This document shows, in pieces, positions 10,365-18,904 of a stretch of 64,000 nt of DNA. Positions within the stretch are counted from its first letter, which is position 1. Each line of letters starts with the position of its first letter. The notes beneath the pieces were generated by a model. The model saw only the letters and a program-made list of their open reading frames with translations. It was not told where the DNA came from and made no database searches. Origin of the DNA: an uncultured Methanosarcinales archaeon. GTDB lineage: Archaea; Nanobdellota; Nanobdellia; Woesearchaeales; GW2011-AR9. Location: contig CAYFMJ010000001.1 in the NCBI GenBank assembly GCA_964344235.1, forward strand, positions 32,001 to 96,000. The letters run 5' to 3'. The position numbers were made by a program, and so were the translations under genes.

Positions 10365-10871
10365 ATGAGATGGAACTTATTTTATGGAGCTGCATGTATC
10401 TATTTTCTTGGCTGTATGGGGACGGCTCCACAAAGAGCTGAGGAACCAGTATTGCCCCTTAAACAAATGGTGGATCCGGAAGTTGCGGCCTTAGCACGAG
10501 CTGTTCGAGATACAGCTGACCGTCGAGATGTAGGAAATGCCGCGGGTTATGACACATACGAAAGGGATATCACAGCAATAGAACTTCGATTTACGGTACA
10601 ATTTCGTGACCGCTCAGTTGATGCTCGAAAGCCACCAGATGGAGAAATTGGTCTAGAAGACGCTATTCTTATTGATGTCTATAAACCAAACGAAACATGG
10701 CGATGGAGGAGGTACGTAGACCAAAGTCTTAATGGTATTCACCCATATACGAAAGACATGGCGCCCGGCAAACCACTTCATTGGTTATCTCCTAAACAAT
10801 TACAGATGAGGAACCAAGAATACTTTGCGGATGTACGGCAAGCTTTGATAGCGTTAGAAAAACAAAAATAA
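10365..10871 (+). CDS. Hypothetical lipoprotein-like protein
   Basis: MRWNLFYGAACIYFLGC signal/lipobox; the ORF-track start at 10263 overlaps the previous gene. Confidence 0.55.
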   Translation: MRWNLFYGAACIYFLGCMGTAPQRAEEPVLPLKQMVDPEVAALARAVRDTADRRDVGNAAGYDTYERDITAIELRFTVQFRDRSVDARKPPDGEIGLEDAILIDVYKPNETWRWRRYVDQSLNGIHPYTKDMAPGKPLHWLSPKQLQMRNQEYFADVRQALIALEKQK

Positions 10872-10872
10872 A

Positions 10873-11106
10873 TTATTTTAGAACGTCTTCGATAGGTTTC
10901 TTACCTTTCAGCTTCTTCGCTTCGGTTTTCGCTTGCTTCACCAAATCAACCCCGAGGCCTTTGAGTTCTTTAACGTGCATCTGCATTAATTGCTCAACAA
11001 TTTGAAGAATACGCATCAGTTCTTCCCGTTCTTTGCTTAACGTAGCGAGGGAACCTTTATGGAAGCCCACTTTTTCATCTTTTGATTCTGTTTGCTTTTT
11101 TGCCAT
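10873..11106 (-). CDS. Small coiled-coil hypothetical protein
   Basis: 77-aa ORF with typical coding bias (KVGFHKGSLATL.KEREEL). Confidence 0.65.
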   Translation of the reverse strand: MAKKQTESKDEKVGFHKGSLATLSKEREELMRILQIVEQLMQMHVKELKGLGVDLVKQAKTEAKKLKGKKPIEDVLK

Positions 11107-11188
11107 AAAATGGAAGGGAGGAAGAACCTTATTAAGTTTTTGGTTAATGGAAGAAAAGATTTAAATTGGTTTATTGTATTCTCTAGGT

Positions 11189-11539
11189 ATGGGGTTTTTT
11201 AGTAAACTGAAGTTTTGGAAGAAGAAAGATTCATTAGATTTTGATTCTCTAGCAAGTAAAGAGTTCTCTGGGAGTGCGTTCCCAGATCAAGAGATGTTGG
11301 GGAAAGCTCCAGAGTTTAACGATCCGATGGTTGGAAGACGGAGTGAATCTTTGGGGCAGTACACACCGCCAACAAGTGCATTACCGCAGCAGGGAAGTGT
11401 GGGAGAAGGGAGAGATTTAGAGTTGATTAGCAGTAAGCTAGACACGATTAAAGCACTTCTGACATCGATGGAACAACGGTTAGCGAACGTGGAAAAGAGC
11501 CTCGGCTCACAACAGAAGCCACCGCAGCGATTATGGTAG
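11189..11539 (+). CDS. Hypothetical protein with N-terminal amphipathic MGFFSKLKFW and C-terminal coiled coil
   Basis: ORF; RDLELISSKLDTIKALL..MEQRL heptads. Confidence 0.65.
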   Translation: MGFFSKLKFWKKKDSLDFDSLASKEFSGSAFPDQEMLGKAPEFNDPMVGRRSESLGQYTPPTSALPQQGSVGEGRDLELISSKLDTIKALLTSMEQRLANVEKSLGSQQKPPQRLW

Positions 11540-11964
11540 CAAAGCAGTATTGGAAATTATTCTGGGGAATTGTATTTAGTGTTATTTTTATTGATCAAGT
11601 GACGAAGTATTTTGTTGCTCTGCATAAACCAACGATTGATTGGGGTTTGCTGAGGATTGAGTATATCACCAATACGGGAGCAGGGTTTGGTATTCTACAA
11701 GGACAAGTGTTCTGGTTGGCTGTAGTTTCATTTATTGTAGCTGTTGGCATTATTGCGTTCTATAAGAAAATTCCACAAGAGAAATGGACGCAAGTGTTCA
11801 TGGGATTATTTCTCGGAGGAGTTATTGGGAATTTAATTGATAGGGTGTTGCGGGGCTATGTTATTGATTTTGTGAATTTGACATTCTGGCCAGCGTTTAA
11901 TGCGGCAGATGTAGCATTAAGTGTGGCAGTTGTTGGGTTGCTGATAGTGACGTGGAAGAATTAA
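11533..11964 (+). CDS. lspA: Lipoprotein signal peptidase (signal peptidase II)
   Basis: DQVTK, N.GAGFG.L, GG.IGNLIDR, GYVIDF and FNAAD motifs, with both catalytic Asp positions present. Confidence 0.9.
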   Translation: MVAKQYWKLFWGIVFSVIFIDQVTKYFVALHKPTIDWGLLRIEYITNTGAGFGILQGQVFWLAVVSFIVAVGIIAFYKKIPQEKWTQVFMGLFLGGVIGNLIDRVLRGYVIDFVNLTFWPAFNAADVALSVAVVGLLIVTWKN

Positions 11965-12413
11965 TTAGTTTGCTCCCATCGTGTTCCATCAGGAAAGGTA
12001 ATGAGGTCGTCGTTATATGCCGGCCCTTTAGTGAATTCTGGTTGAGGGAATTGCTGTTTAAATCCAGAACCGTCTTGCGCTTCCAAATGTAGAATATCAT
12101 TTTGAATATACCAGATCCCCCAGTAAGTCTGTTCACCGTTATTCTCTAGATGGAATAAGCCATTATGTGGATGTGGAGCATCATCACTAGTTGCAGAATC
12201 GAAACTGATAACATCATAATCTTGGTTAGGAACACTCCACTTACCTAAAAACTCTATTGGTGAAGACCAATCTGTCGCTACTTCTTCCATAGGAGGGATT
12301 GGGGCTTGTGGAGAGGGATGCGATGGTGGTTCACCCGTAGTAACTTCAATTGAACAAGATGTTAGTAATAGTAAAGGTGTTAAAAGACTGACGAGAATGA
12401 AAAATGATTTCAT
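11961..12413 (-). CDS. Putative lipoprotein
   Basis: MKSFFILVSLLTPLLLLTSC lipobox, Pro-rich linker, beta-rich domain; start refined to 12413. Confidence 0.65.
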   Translation of the reverse strand: MKSFFILVSLLTPLLLLTSCSIEVTTGEPPSHPSPQAPIPPMEEVATDWSSPIEFLGKWSVPNQDYDVISFDSATSDDAPHPHNGLFHLENNGEQTYWGIWYIQNDILHLEAQDGSGFKQQFPQPEFTKGPAYNDDLITFPDGTRWEQTN

Positions 12414-12447
12414 AAAGTAAAGATTAAATAGAAGTTTATATACTTTG

Positions 12448-13032
12448 TCAAACACAATTGTGGGCTTTGTATCCTTGTTCCCAAGCGTCTTCTTTTTTGT
12501 CAAACCATCTGCGACGTTCTTTTTTGATTTTTTTCGCCCACTCACACTTAGGAACGTGATACATATTGCTGTTAGAACTGGCAACGAATTTACCTGGCGA
12601 GAATTTCTTTTTAGGCGCTACTTTCTTGGCAGCAGTTTTTGTTGCTTTTACAACAGGAGCTGGTTCATCAAAGACAATACTATGTGGTTCTTCAGAGATT
12701 GGTTGCGGTGCACTATAGGTAGGAAATGCAACGAAGAAACCAATTAATGCAATGATAATTAATGTTGGAAAAAAACTGCCGTGTACTAACCAAATTAAAA
12801 CAAAGTTGATAACGTACAGAAAAAAAAGTGTAAAGAATACTGAGTCGCTCCAATGTTTTGTGTAACCAAGAAGGCCAATGAAAAATAAGAGTGCAAACAG
12901 AAGGAAAATGATCAGTTCAATCCAGAAAAATGCACCAGATGTGTTGATGAAAATAGTTAACGATGCAAATGAGAGAATAACAAATGCTAACGCATATACT
13001 ACAAGTTTCCAGACGCTCTTGATACCATTCAT
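12448..13032 (-). CDS. 4-TM membrane protein with C-terminal Ada-type metal-binding/DNA-binding domain
   Basis: Four hydrophobic helices, K/A-rich linker, FVASSNSNMYH.PKC...GYKAHNC. Confidence 0.75.
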   Translation of the reverse strand: MNGIKSVWKLVVYALAFVILSFASLTIFINTSGAFFWIELIIFLLFALLFFIGLLGYTKHWSDSVFFTLFFLYVINFVLIWLVHGSFFPTLIIIALIGFFVAFPTYSAPQPISEEPHSIVFDEPAPVVKATKTAAKKVAPKKKFSPGKFVASSNSNMYHVPKCEWAKKIKKERRRWFDKKEDAWEQGYKAHNCV

Positions 13033-13088
13033 AGAATAAATTGTAGAAAAAACGTATTTAAGAATTTCGATGGTTGAATAGGAATGTT

Positions 13089-13412
13089 CTAAAATTCTTC
13101 TTCAAGACTCTTTAAGTAACCCTTCCGTTTAAGAAATTCAACCTCTGCTTTACTACGGTATTTATAGACAACGTCGCCTTTCTCGTCTCCACCCAGTTCC
13201 CATGGTTCAATAAGGACAACATTTTGTTCCCGTACCCATAATGCTCTTCGTAATCTGCCTGGAATTCTACAGATACGTTCTTTACCATCTAAACAGAGAA
13301 CGCGCATTCTTGAACCACCTAATCGTTGCTGCACAATGCCAAGGACTTCTTTGCCTTTTGGAATTCTTACTCTTAGCACTTGTGGTTGATCAGATTGCTG
13401 TGGTTTCGCCAT
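13089..13412 (-). CDS. eif1a: Translation initiation factor aIF-1A
   Basis: LG.V.QRLGGSRM.V.C.DG.ER.CRIPGRL...LWVRE...VLIEPWE...KGD.VY.Y. Confidence 0.95.
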   Translation of the reverse strand: MAKPQQSDQPQVLRVRIPKGKEVLGIVQQRLGGSRMRVLCLDGKERICRIPGRLRRALWVREQNVVLIEPWELGGDEKGDVVYKYRSKAEVEFLKRKGYLKSLEEEF

Positions 13413-13522
13413 TTGTATTGGTTGGGTTGGGAGTTCTTTATAAAAGTTTGTAAGAGTATAGTTTTGAACATAATAGTTTCAGTCGCTGAATTCTTTTATA
13501 GCGGTGTGAGTTTGAAGTAGCT

Positions 13523-13696
13523 ATGGCACGATCATTACAAAAAGAGTTGCAAGAAATAAAGAAGAAGTTAAAGTCGTACGAGCGGAAAATGGAAGCGAAA
13601 GTGCAAGAACATCCGATGGCAGCAGTAGGCATTGCGCTAGGGGTTGGAGTGTTATTAGGAGCTGTCGTAAGTACATTAATTTCACGGAAGAAATAA
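13523..13696 (+). CDS. ElaB/YqjD/DUF883-like tail-anchored protein (57 aa, absent from ORF track)
   Basis: My translation: MARSLQKELQEIKKKLKSYERKMEAKVQEHPMAAVGIALGVGVLLGAVVSTLISRKK. V.EHP..AVGIA.GVG.LLG is the DUF883 C-terminal signature. Its stop abuts the next ATG. Confidence 0.75.
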   Translation: MARSLQKELQEIKKKLKSYERKMEAKVQEHPMAAVGIALGVGVLLGAVVSTLISRKK

Positions 13697-13972
13697 ATGG
13701 CAGGAAAAATTATGCGCGCATTGATAGAGGGTTTTCAGATGATGACTTCTCTCGCAGAGAATGTGGATAGGGCTGTTACAGCGCAATTGTATAGGGCGAA
13801 GAGAAGTGTGTTTCGTTCTGCGGTGCAGTTAGTGTTGTTTCTATTAGCTGTCGGGTTTATTGTCGTAGGGATTGTATTATTTCTAATGCGGTTTTTTTCA
13901 GTGGATATTGTGTTAGTGGTGTTTGGATTAGTGTTACTGTATATTATTATGTTAACTACTAAGTTCCGGTGA
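13697..13972 (+). CDS. YqjE/phage-holin-superfamily-III-like 2-TM protein
   Basis: Amphipathic N-terminus then two TM helices; translationally coupled to the DUF883-like gene. Confidence 0.55.
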   Translation: MAGKIMRALIEGFQMMTSLAENVDRAVTAQLYRAKRSVFRSAVQLVLFLLAVGFIVVGIVLFLMRFFSVDIVLVVFGLVLLYIIMLTTKFR

Positions 13973-14031
13973 GAAAGTAATATATAGTACCTAGTTTCTG
14001 AAATTTCGCAAAAGGAGGAGGGATTATTTTT

Positions 14032-14847
14032 ATGGCAAAGCGGGTTGAGTCACCATCATCGATTAACACATTTAAGCAATGTAAACGGAAGTACTACTAT
14101 CAATATATTGAGAAGCTTCCTACAGTAAGTAATATCCACCAAGTGCGGGGAAATATTGCACATTCGGTTTTAGAAGATTTTTTTGATGTTGAGGTGGTAG
14201 GGTTCACGCAGGAGAATTATAAGCAGAAGCTCCAGGAAGTTATTCAGAAGTTGTTTGTGTTCAATTGGAATAAGTATAAAGCTCGGTTGGATGCGCTAGA
14301 ATTGGGGAGTGATAAGGAACGGTTTTATTTTGAAGAGACAATGCTAATGTTGTTGAATTGGACAAAGCATTTCATTGTAAGTGTTGAAGAGAGGATGGAA
14401 ATGAAACAATATACGTTCCATCAAGCGTTTGAAGAATTGAAACCAATCAGGGAGAAAGAGTTTAGATCTCAGGAACATTCTGTAAGAGGGTTTATTGATG
14501 CAATTCAACACGTGGATGAACAGGTGCATATTATAGATTATAAAACAAATTCTAAGTTTGATTTCAAAGATAGTATTAAGTTACAATTGGCTATCTATTC
14601 GTTGTTGTATTCGGAATTGCATGGAAAAATGCCAGATAAAGTGGGGATATTTTTTCTGCGTCATAAGTTGAAGATGATGAACGTTGATCCGGATCTGTTA
14701 GAGTTAGCTCGAAGAGAGATAGCAATGGTGCATGGACATACGTCTTCAACAGAAGCGTTAGCAGATTATCCTAGAACAGTTAATGGCCTATGTAAATGGA
14801 AGACGGGACAATGTGATTTCTATGAGCCGTGTCAGCCGCATGGATAA
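14032..14847 (+). CDS. PD-(D/E)XK RecB/Cas4-like nuclease
   Basis: SPSSINTFKQC.RKYYY, GFIDAI, IIDYKT, QLAIY, C-terminal C-x6-C-x5-C (Fe-S staple-like). Confidence 0.85.
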   Translation: MAKRVESPSSINTFKQCKRKYYYQYIEKLPTVSNIHQVRGNIAHSVLEDFFDVEVVGFTQENYKQKLQEVIQKLFVFNWNKYKARLDALELGSDKERFYFEETMLMLLNWTKHFIVSVEERMEMKQYTFHQAFEELKPIREKEFRSQEHSVRGFIDAIQHVDEQVHIIDYKTNSKFDFKDSIKLQLAIYSLLYSELHGKMPDKVGIFFLRHKLKMMNVDPDLLELARREIAMVHGHTSSTEALADYPRTVNGLCKWKTGQCDFYEPCQPHG

Positions 14848-15720
14848 TTAACTTCCAAGTGCCAGTAAACTCTGTCTGATTATATCTTGATAAATAGTAA
14901 CGTTCTGTAAGACAAATGTTTCGACGGCGGCTCCAACAAGGAGGAAGATTAAGGCAAAGAGGAATAAGTACATATTCAAGCCAAAGACTTCAAAGAACCG
15001 ATGAGATGCGAATTTTTCGAGGATAACATCTTTTGATATTACCGAACCAGAGATGGCGGCGAGGAAATATGAGATGGCTTCCAACATCATGTGAGGGAAG
15101 ACGATTAACATAATTAGGCCGAAGAGAAGGTAAGGATTTTGACCAGAGAACAGTGCAGCGTTTTTGGCAGTGAACCCAAAGATGGTCCCCCAAACAGATG
15201 CGTTCCATGTGATTAAGAAAATTGCACCATCGCCTGTTAGCAAAGCAAGAATGAAACAGGCCATTAACACAAGGAAGTTGTTACTAAGTAAATCGTAAAA
15301 TAAACCGCTGCCCACGATAGCGTTGCCGGCAAAGCCCTGGCCGAGCCTGATTTCTAATTGTTCACGGAATAAGGTGTTTGCTTCAAACGCTGGAAGTAAC
15401 ATTGTGCCAACAGCGTAGACCAGAAGAATGCCGAGAAACATGAAAATGTAAATCCTAATGATGTTAATATCATCTCGCCAGAGGATTCGGAGAGAGATCC
15501 GTTGTTCCATACTTTGCTGTCGTTCTTCAATGGAGAAGATTTTGTATAGTTCGGGTAATAGTAATAACGAGGTGAAGGCAACTGCTACTAAAGCTGGATC
15601 GCCAGGGAATAGAATAGAAGCAAGGAGAATTCCGACAATGGAATAGATAGCTCCAAGAACGAAAGCATACCTCCCTTTCCGTTCTAACCAATTTTCTGGG
15701 AAAATGTGTTCTAAAACCAT
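14848..15720 (-). CDS. Stage II sporulation protein M (SpoIIM/DUF95) family membrane protein
   Basis: LLSNNFLV, WNASVWG, PHMMLEAISYFLAAISG, LLVGAAVET. Confidence 0.75.
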   Translation of the reverse strand: MVLEHIFPENWLERKGRYAFVLGAIYSIVGILLASILFPGDPALVAVAFTSLLLLPELYKIFSIEERQQSMEQRISLRILWRDDINIIRIYIFMFLGILLVYAVGTMLLPAFEANTLFREQLEIRLGQGFAGNAIVGSGLFYDLLSNNFLVLMACFILALLTGDGAIFLITWNASVWGTIFGFTAKNAALFSGQNPYLLFGLIMLIVFPHMMLEAISYFLAAISGSVISKDVILEKFASHRFFEVFGLNMYLFLFALIFLLVGAAVETFVLQNVTIYQDIIRQSLLALGS

Positions 15721-15831
15721 TTACTACCTCTTTTTTAGCTAGAAGTAATTAGTTTTGGTTTATATAAGTATTGTTCCGTAACATTTTTAAAATGGAATCT
15801 CTATTTTAGAGAGAATAGGGGGAAAAACCAA

Positions 15832-16380
15832 ATGGCTATTGCAACATGGATTATAGTGGTAATTGTTGTGGTTGTGTTATTTTTAATATACATCTATAAC
15901 AGTTTAATTCGACTACGTGTTCGAGTAAAGAATGCGTGGGCACAGATTGACGTACAGTTAAAGCGGCGGTACGATTTAATTCCAAATTTAGTGAAGACTG
16001 TCAAAGGATACATGAAGCACGAGAAGGGTGTATTAGAAAGTGTTACCAAGGCTCGGACTTCATTGATTAATGGAACAACGCAGGAGAAAGCTGCAGCTTC
16101 CAATCAAATTACAGATGCATTGAAAAGTATCTTTGCAGTTGCGGAGAATTATCCACAACTTAAAGCGAATGAGAATTTCAAACATTTACAGGAAGAGTTA
16201 TCTGGCACGGAAAGTAAGATTGCCTATGCACGCCAGTTTTACAACGATAGTGTCATGCAGTTTAACGAAGCACTGCAAGTTTTCCCGAAGAATGTGTTTG
16301 GAAAGATGTTTGGCTTTACGAACGAAGCGTTCTTTGAAACGAAAGGTAAGCAGCGTGAGAACGTAAAGGTAGAGTTTTAA
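15832..16380 (+). CDS. lemA: LemA family protein
   Basis: N-terminal TM, YNSLIRLR.RV.NAWAQIDVQLKRRYDLIPNLV, AVAENYPQLKANENF, YARQFYND. Confidence 0.95.
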   Translation: MAIATWIIVVIVVVVLFLIYIYNSLIRLRVRVKNAWAQIDVQLKRRYDLIPNLVKTVKGYMKHEKGVLESVTKARTSLINGTTQEKAAASNQITDALKSIFAVAENYPQLKANENFKHLQEELSGTESKIAYARQFYNDSVMQFNEALQVFPKNVFGKMFGFTNEAFFETKGKQRENVKVEF

Positions 16381-16395
16381 TTTTTTCTTTGTACT

Positions 16396-17301
16396 ATGAA
16401 AACCAATTTTTATAATGAGATTGCATCGAACAAACGGAGAACATACGTATTAGTATTCTTCTTTTTTGTGTTCATTATATTTATTGGTTTAGTTGGAGGA
16501 GCGTTATATGGCAGTATGTATTCTGGCATTGTGTTAGCTGTGATAATTGGTGTGATTTATTTTCTGTTTAGTTATTATGGTGGAGCGAATGCTATTCTAA
16601 CAATGAGTAAAGCGAAAGAAGCGACGAAACCACAGTATACACATCTGATTAATACAGTTGAGGGATTGGCGATTGCAGCAGGTTTACCAAAGCCACCGAA
16701 AGTGTATGTGATTAATGATAGTGCATTAAACGCATTTGCCACAGGAAGAGATCCAGAACATTCTGCAGTTACTGTAACGACGGGGTTGTTAGCGAAGTTG
16801 AATAAAATTGAATTAGAGGGAGTTATTGCGCATGAAATTTCCCACATTAAGAATTATGATATTCGAGTGATGATGTTGGCTGCTGTGATGGTTGGGTTAA
16901 CTGTATTGTTATCTGATTTTATTTTACGAAGCTTTCTTTGGGGCGGCCATGGTGGACGAAGAGAAAGTGGAGGAGTCGGTGCAGTAATGATAGTTGTGGG
17001 TTTAGCACTGGCGATTTTATCGCCATTAGTTGGGGAAGCGATTAAGTTAGCTATTTCCAGAAAGAGAGAATATTTAGCAGATGCGTCAGGAGCGATGTTA
17101 ACTCGCTATCCAAAGGGGTTAGCGGATGCGTTGCGGAAAATTAGTCAAGATCCTGATCCGTTAGTGGATCATGCGAATAAAGCAACGGCACACTTGTTTA
17201 TCTCTACGCCATTTCGCAAGAAGAGGGGCGGTTTTATGAAGAAGATTTTTTCGACACACCCACCGATTGGAGAGAGGATTCGAAGGTTGGAAGGGATGTA
17301 A
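16396..17301 (+). CDS. htpX: M48 zinc metalloprotease HtpX
   Basis: NAFATG, HEISH (HExxH), SRKREYLADA, FSTHPP..ERI.RL; lemA-htpX tandem. Confidence 0.93.
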   Translation: MKTNFYNEIASNKRRTYVLVFFFFVFIIFIGLVGGALYGSMYSGIVLAVIIGVIYFLFSYYGGANAILTMSKAKEATKPQYTHLINTVEGLAIAAGLPKPPKVYVINDSALNAFATGRDPEHSAVTVTTGLLAKLNKIELEGVIAHEISHIKNYDIRVMMLAAVMVGLTVLLSDFILRSFLWGGHGGRRESGGVGAVMIVVGLALAILSPLVGEAIKLAISRKREYLADASGAMLTRYPKGLADALRKISQDPDPLVDHANKATAHLFISTPFRKKRGGFMKKIFSTHPPIGERIRRLEGM

Positions 17302-17353
17302 TGCGTTCTGGAGTAACAATATCTTTATAATTCTGAATTCAACAACTTTTTTG

Positions 17354-18904
17354 ATGGTTACAAAATCTGGTTCTAAAGGAGATGGCGGTTTAGTCGAGGC
17401 CTTCAAGGATTTAAGGACTTCTTTGTTTGTGGAGCGACGAGAAACCGAGAGATTAAAGGGGATTGTTGGAACGAGAGATGGAGAGATACGGAAGTTAACT
17501 GGGCAAGTCGAAGACCTAGAGGCCGAGGTTGCTGGTTACAGAGCACAGTTAGCAGAAGCGCCACCAAAAGATGTGGCTAAACTACAGGAAAGGTTAAGGA
17601 ACCAAGCTGAAAAAATAGAGGGATTGCGTAGCGAGCTTCTTGCTGCAAAGGGTAGAATTTTTGGCTATGAAAAGGAGGTTAAAGGCCTGGAAAAGGAGAG
17701 AGATGATCTTAGAGCTGACTTATTTGCTGCGCAGCAAGGAGGGCCATCAGCTGCATTGATTGAGGAGTTAGAAGCGAGAATCGAATCATATGAAAAGAGA
17801 GAGGAACGGCATGAGGGAAGTGAACGTGCAATCAAAGATTTGACAAATGAGGTTAACAGATTAAATGGAGATTTGGAGAGATATAGAAAGAGAGTTGACG
17901 ATTTAGGCCAAGGGTTGAAGGATAGTAAAAGAGTTATTGGTGAACTTGGAAGTATTGAGGACGAGCAAGCTGCATTACATGATGCAATTGGGGAAAGAGA
18001 TGAAACAATAGCTGCGCTGGAGGCGAGAATTGCTGAATATGAAGCTGCGGGAGGAATAAGGCCAACTGTTGAGGTTGAAGAAGAAAGCGTATTCCCTGAC
18101 TTACGGCTTGAAGGAGAGGATGCATTTGTCTATGATTTAGCACGCTCTTTAATGGAACACTGTGTTGAGACAGGAAGATATAGAGAGGGGGATCTAGTTG
18201 GTTTGGGTATGAATGGAAGTTTTACGTACGTGCCATGGGATACACGGATTGGATTCACGTCACTTGATGACGTAGAGGTGATAGCCCCTTCAGAAAACAC
18301 TTCACCAGGAGAAAAACAAAGAGTATGGGCGGTCTTTCAGGCATACAGAAAAGCAGTAAAAGATTATGGGGGGATTTTTGATATGAGTGGAATTGGCCAA
18401 AGTGATACCGTGCGGGCACCACTAGCATTATTAGCACAGCTTACTTGTATGGGCTCTGGGCCAGCTAAAAAAATAACAAGAGTAATTGAAAGTCTTGGTT
18501 TTTCTGAAGAACTATTGCGAAAGGGCGCAGAAGAATACGATCTCTTTGACCTAGGAAAAAGAGAAACAAGCGTAACACAACGAAGTATCAAAGAAGCGAT
18601 GAATTTAATTTATCCTGTCTTTATGGAGCACCGTGAGAGATTATACCACGAAGTAACTTCATGGAATAATATTTTTAAAAGAGCAGCGTTTTTACGCTAT
18701 TACCCGGAGATACACGAAAGTGTAATCTCACCCCAACGTTGCACTTCCTCTGTGATGACCATGATCAGGGGCGTTATACGTTGGGTTCATTTAATTTTTC
18801 TAAGGTTTTCTCAAATTGTTTTTTTGGTTTCACTGCCATTGGAGAGGAACCGCCATGCCACGTTAAACGAGGCCGCACCTGTACAGGGAAGATTCTTTCG
18901 TTAG
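17354..18904 (+). CDS. Long coiled-coil hypothetical protein
   Basis: About 230 aa of heptad repeats plus a globular C-terminus; its 3' end overlaps the convergent HerA-like gene by 131 nt. Confidence 0.65.
   Translation: MVTKSGSKGDGGLVEAFKDLRTSLFVERRETERLKGIVGTRDGEIRKLTGQVEDLEAEVAGYRAQLAEAPPKDVAKLQERLRNQAEKIEGLRSELLAAKGRIFGYEKEVKGLEKERDDLRADLFAAQQGGPSAALIEELEARIESYEKREERHEGSERAIKDLTNEVNRLNGDLERYRKRVDDLGQGLKDSKRVIGELGSIEDEQAALHDAIGERDETIAALEARIAEYEAAGGIRPTVEVEEESVFPDLRLEGEDAFVYDLARSLMEHCVETGRYREGDLVGLGMNGSFTYVPWDTRIGFTSLDDVEVIAPSENTSPGEKQRVWAVFQAYRKAVKDYGGIFDMSGIGQSDTVRAPLALLAQLTCMGSGPAKKITRVIESLGFSEELLRKGAEEYDLFDLGKRETSVTQRSIKEAMNLIYPVFMEHRERLYHEVTSWNNIFKRAAFLRYYPEIHESVISPQRCTSSVMTMIRGVIRWVHLIFLRFSQIVFLVSLPLERNRHATLNEAAPVQGRFFR

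Noticed and set aside
13438-13632. 64-aa minus-strand ORF
   Set aside because: It is antisense to the better-supported DUF883-like ORF 13523-13696.
14032-14847. CRISPR-Cas locus suggested by the Cas4-like gene
   Set aside because: No regularly spaced repeats and no other cas genes were seen in the window.
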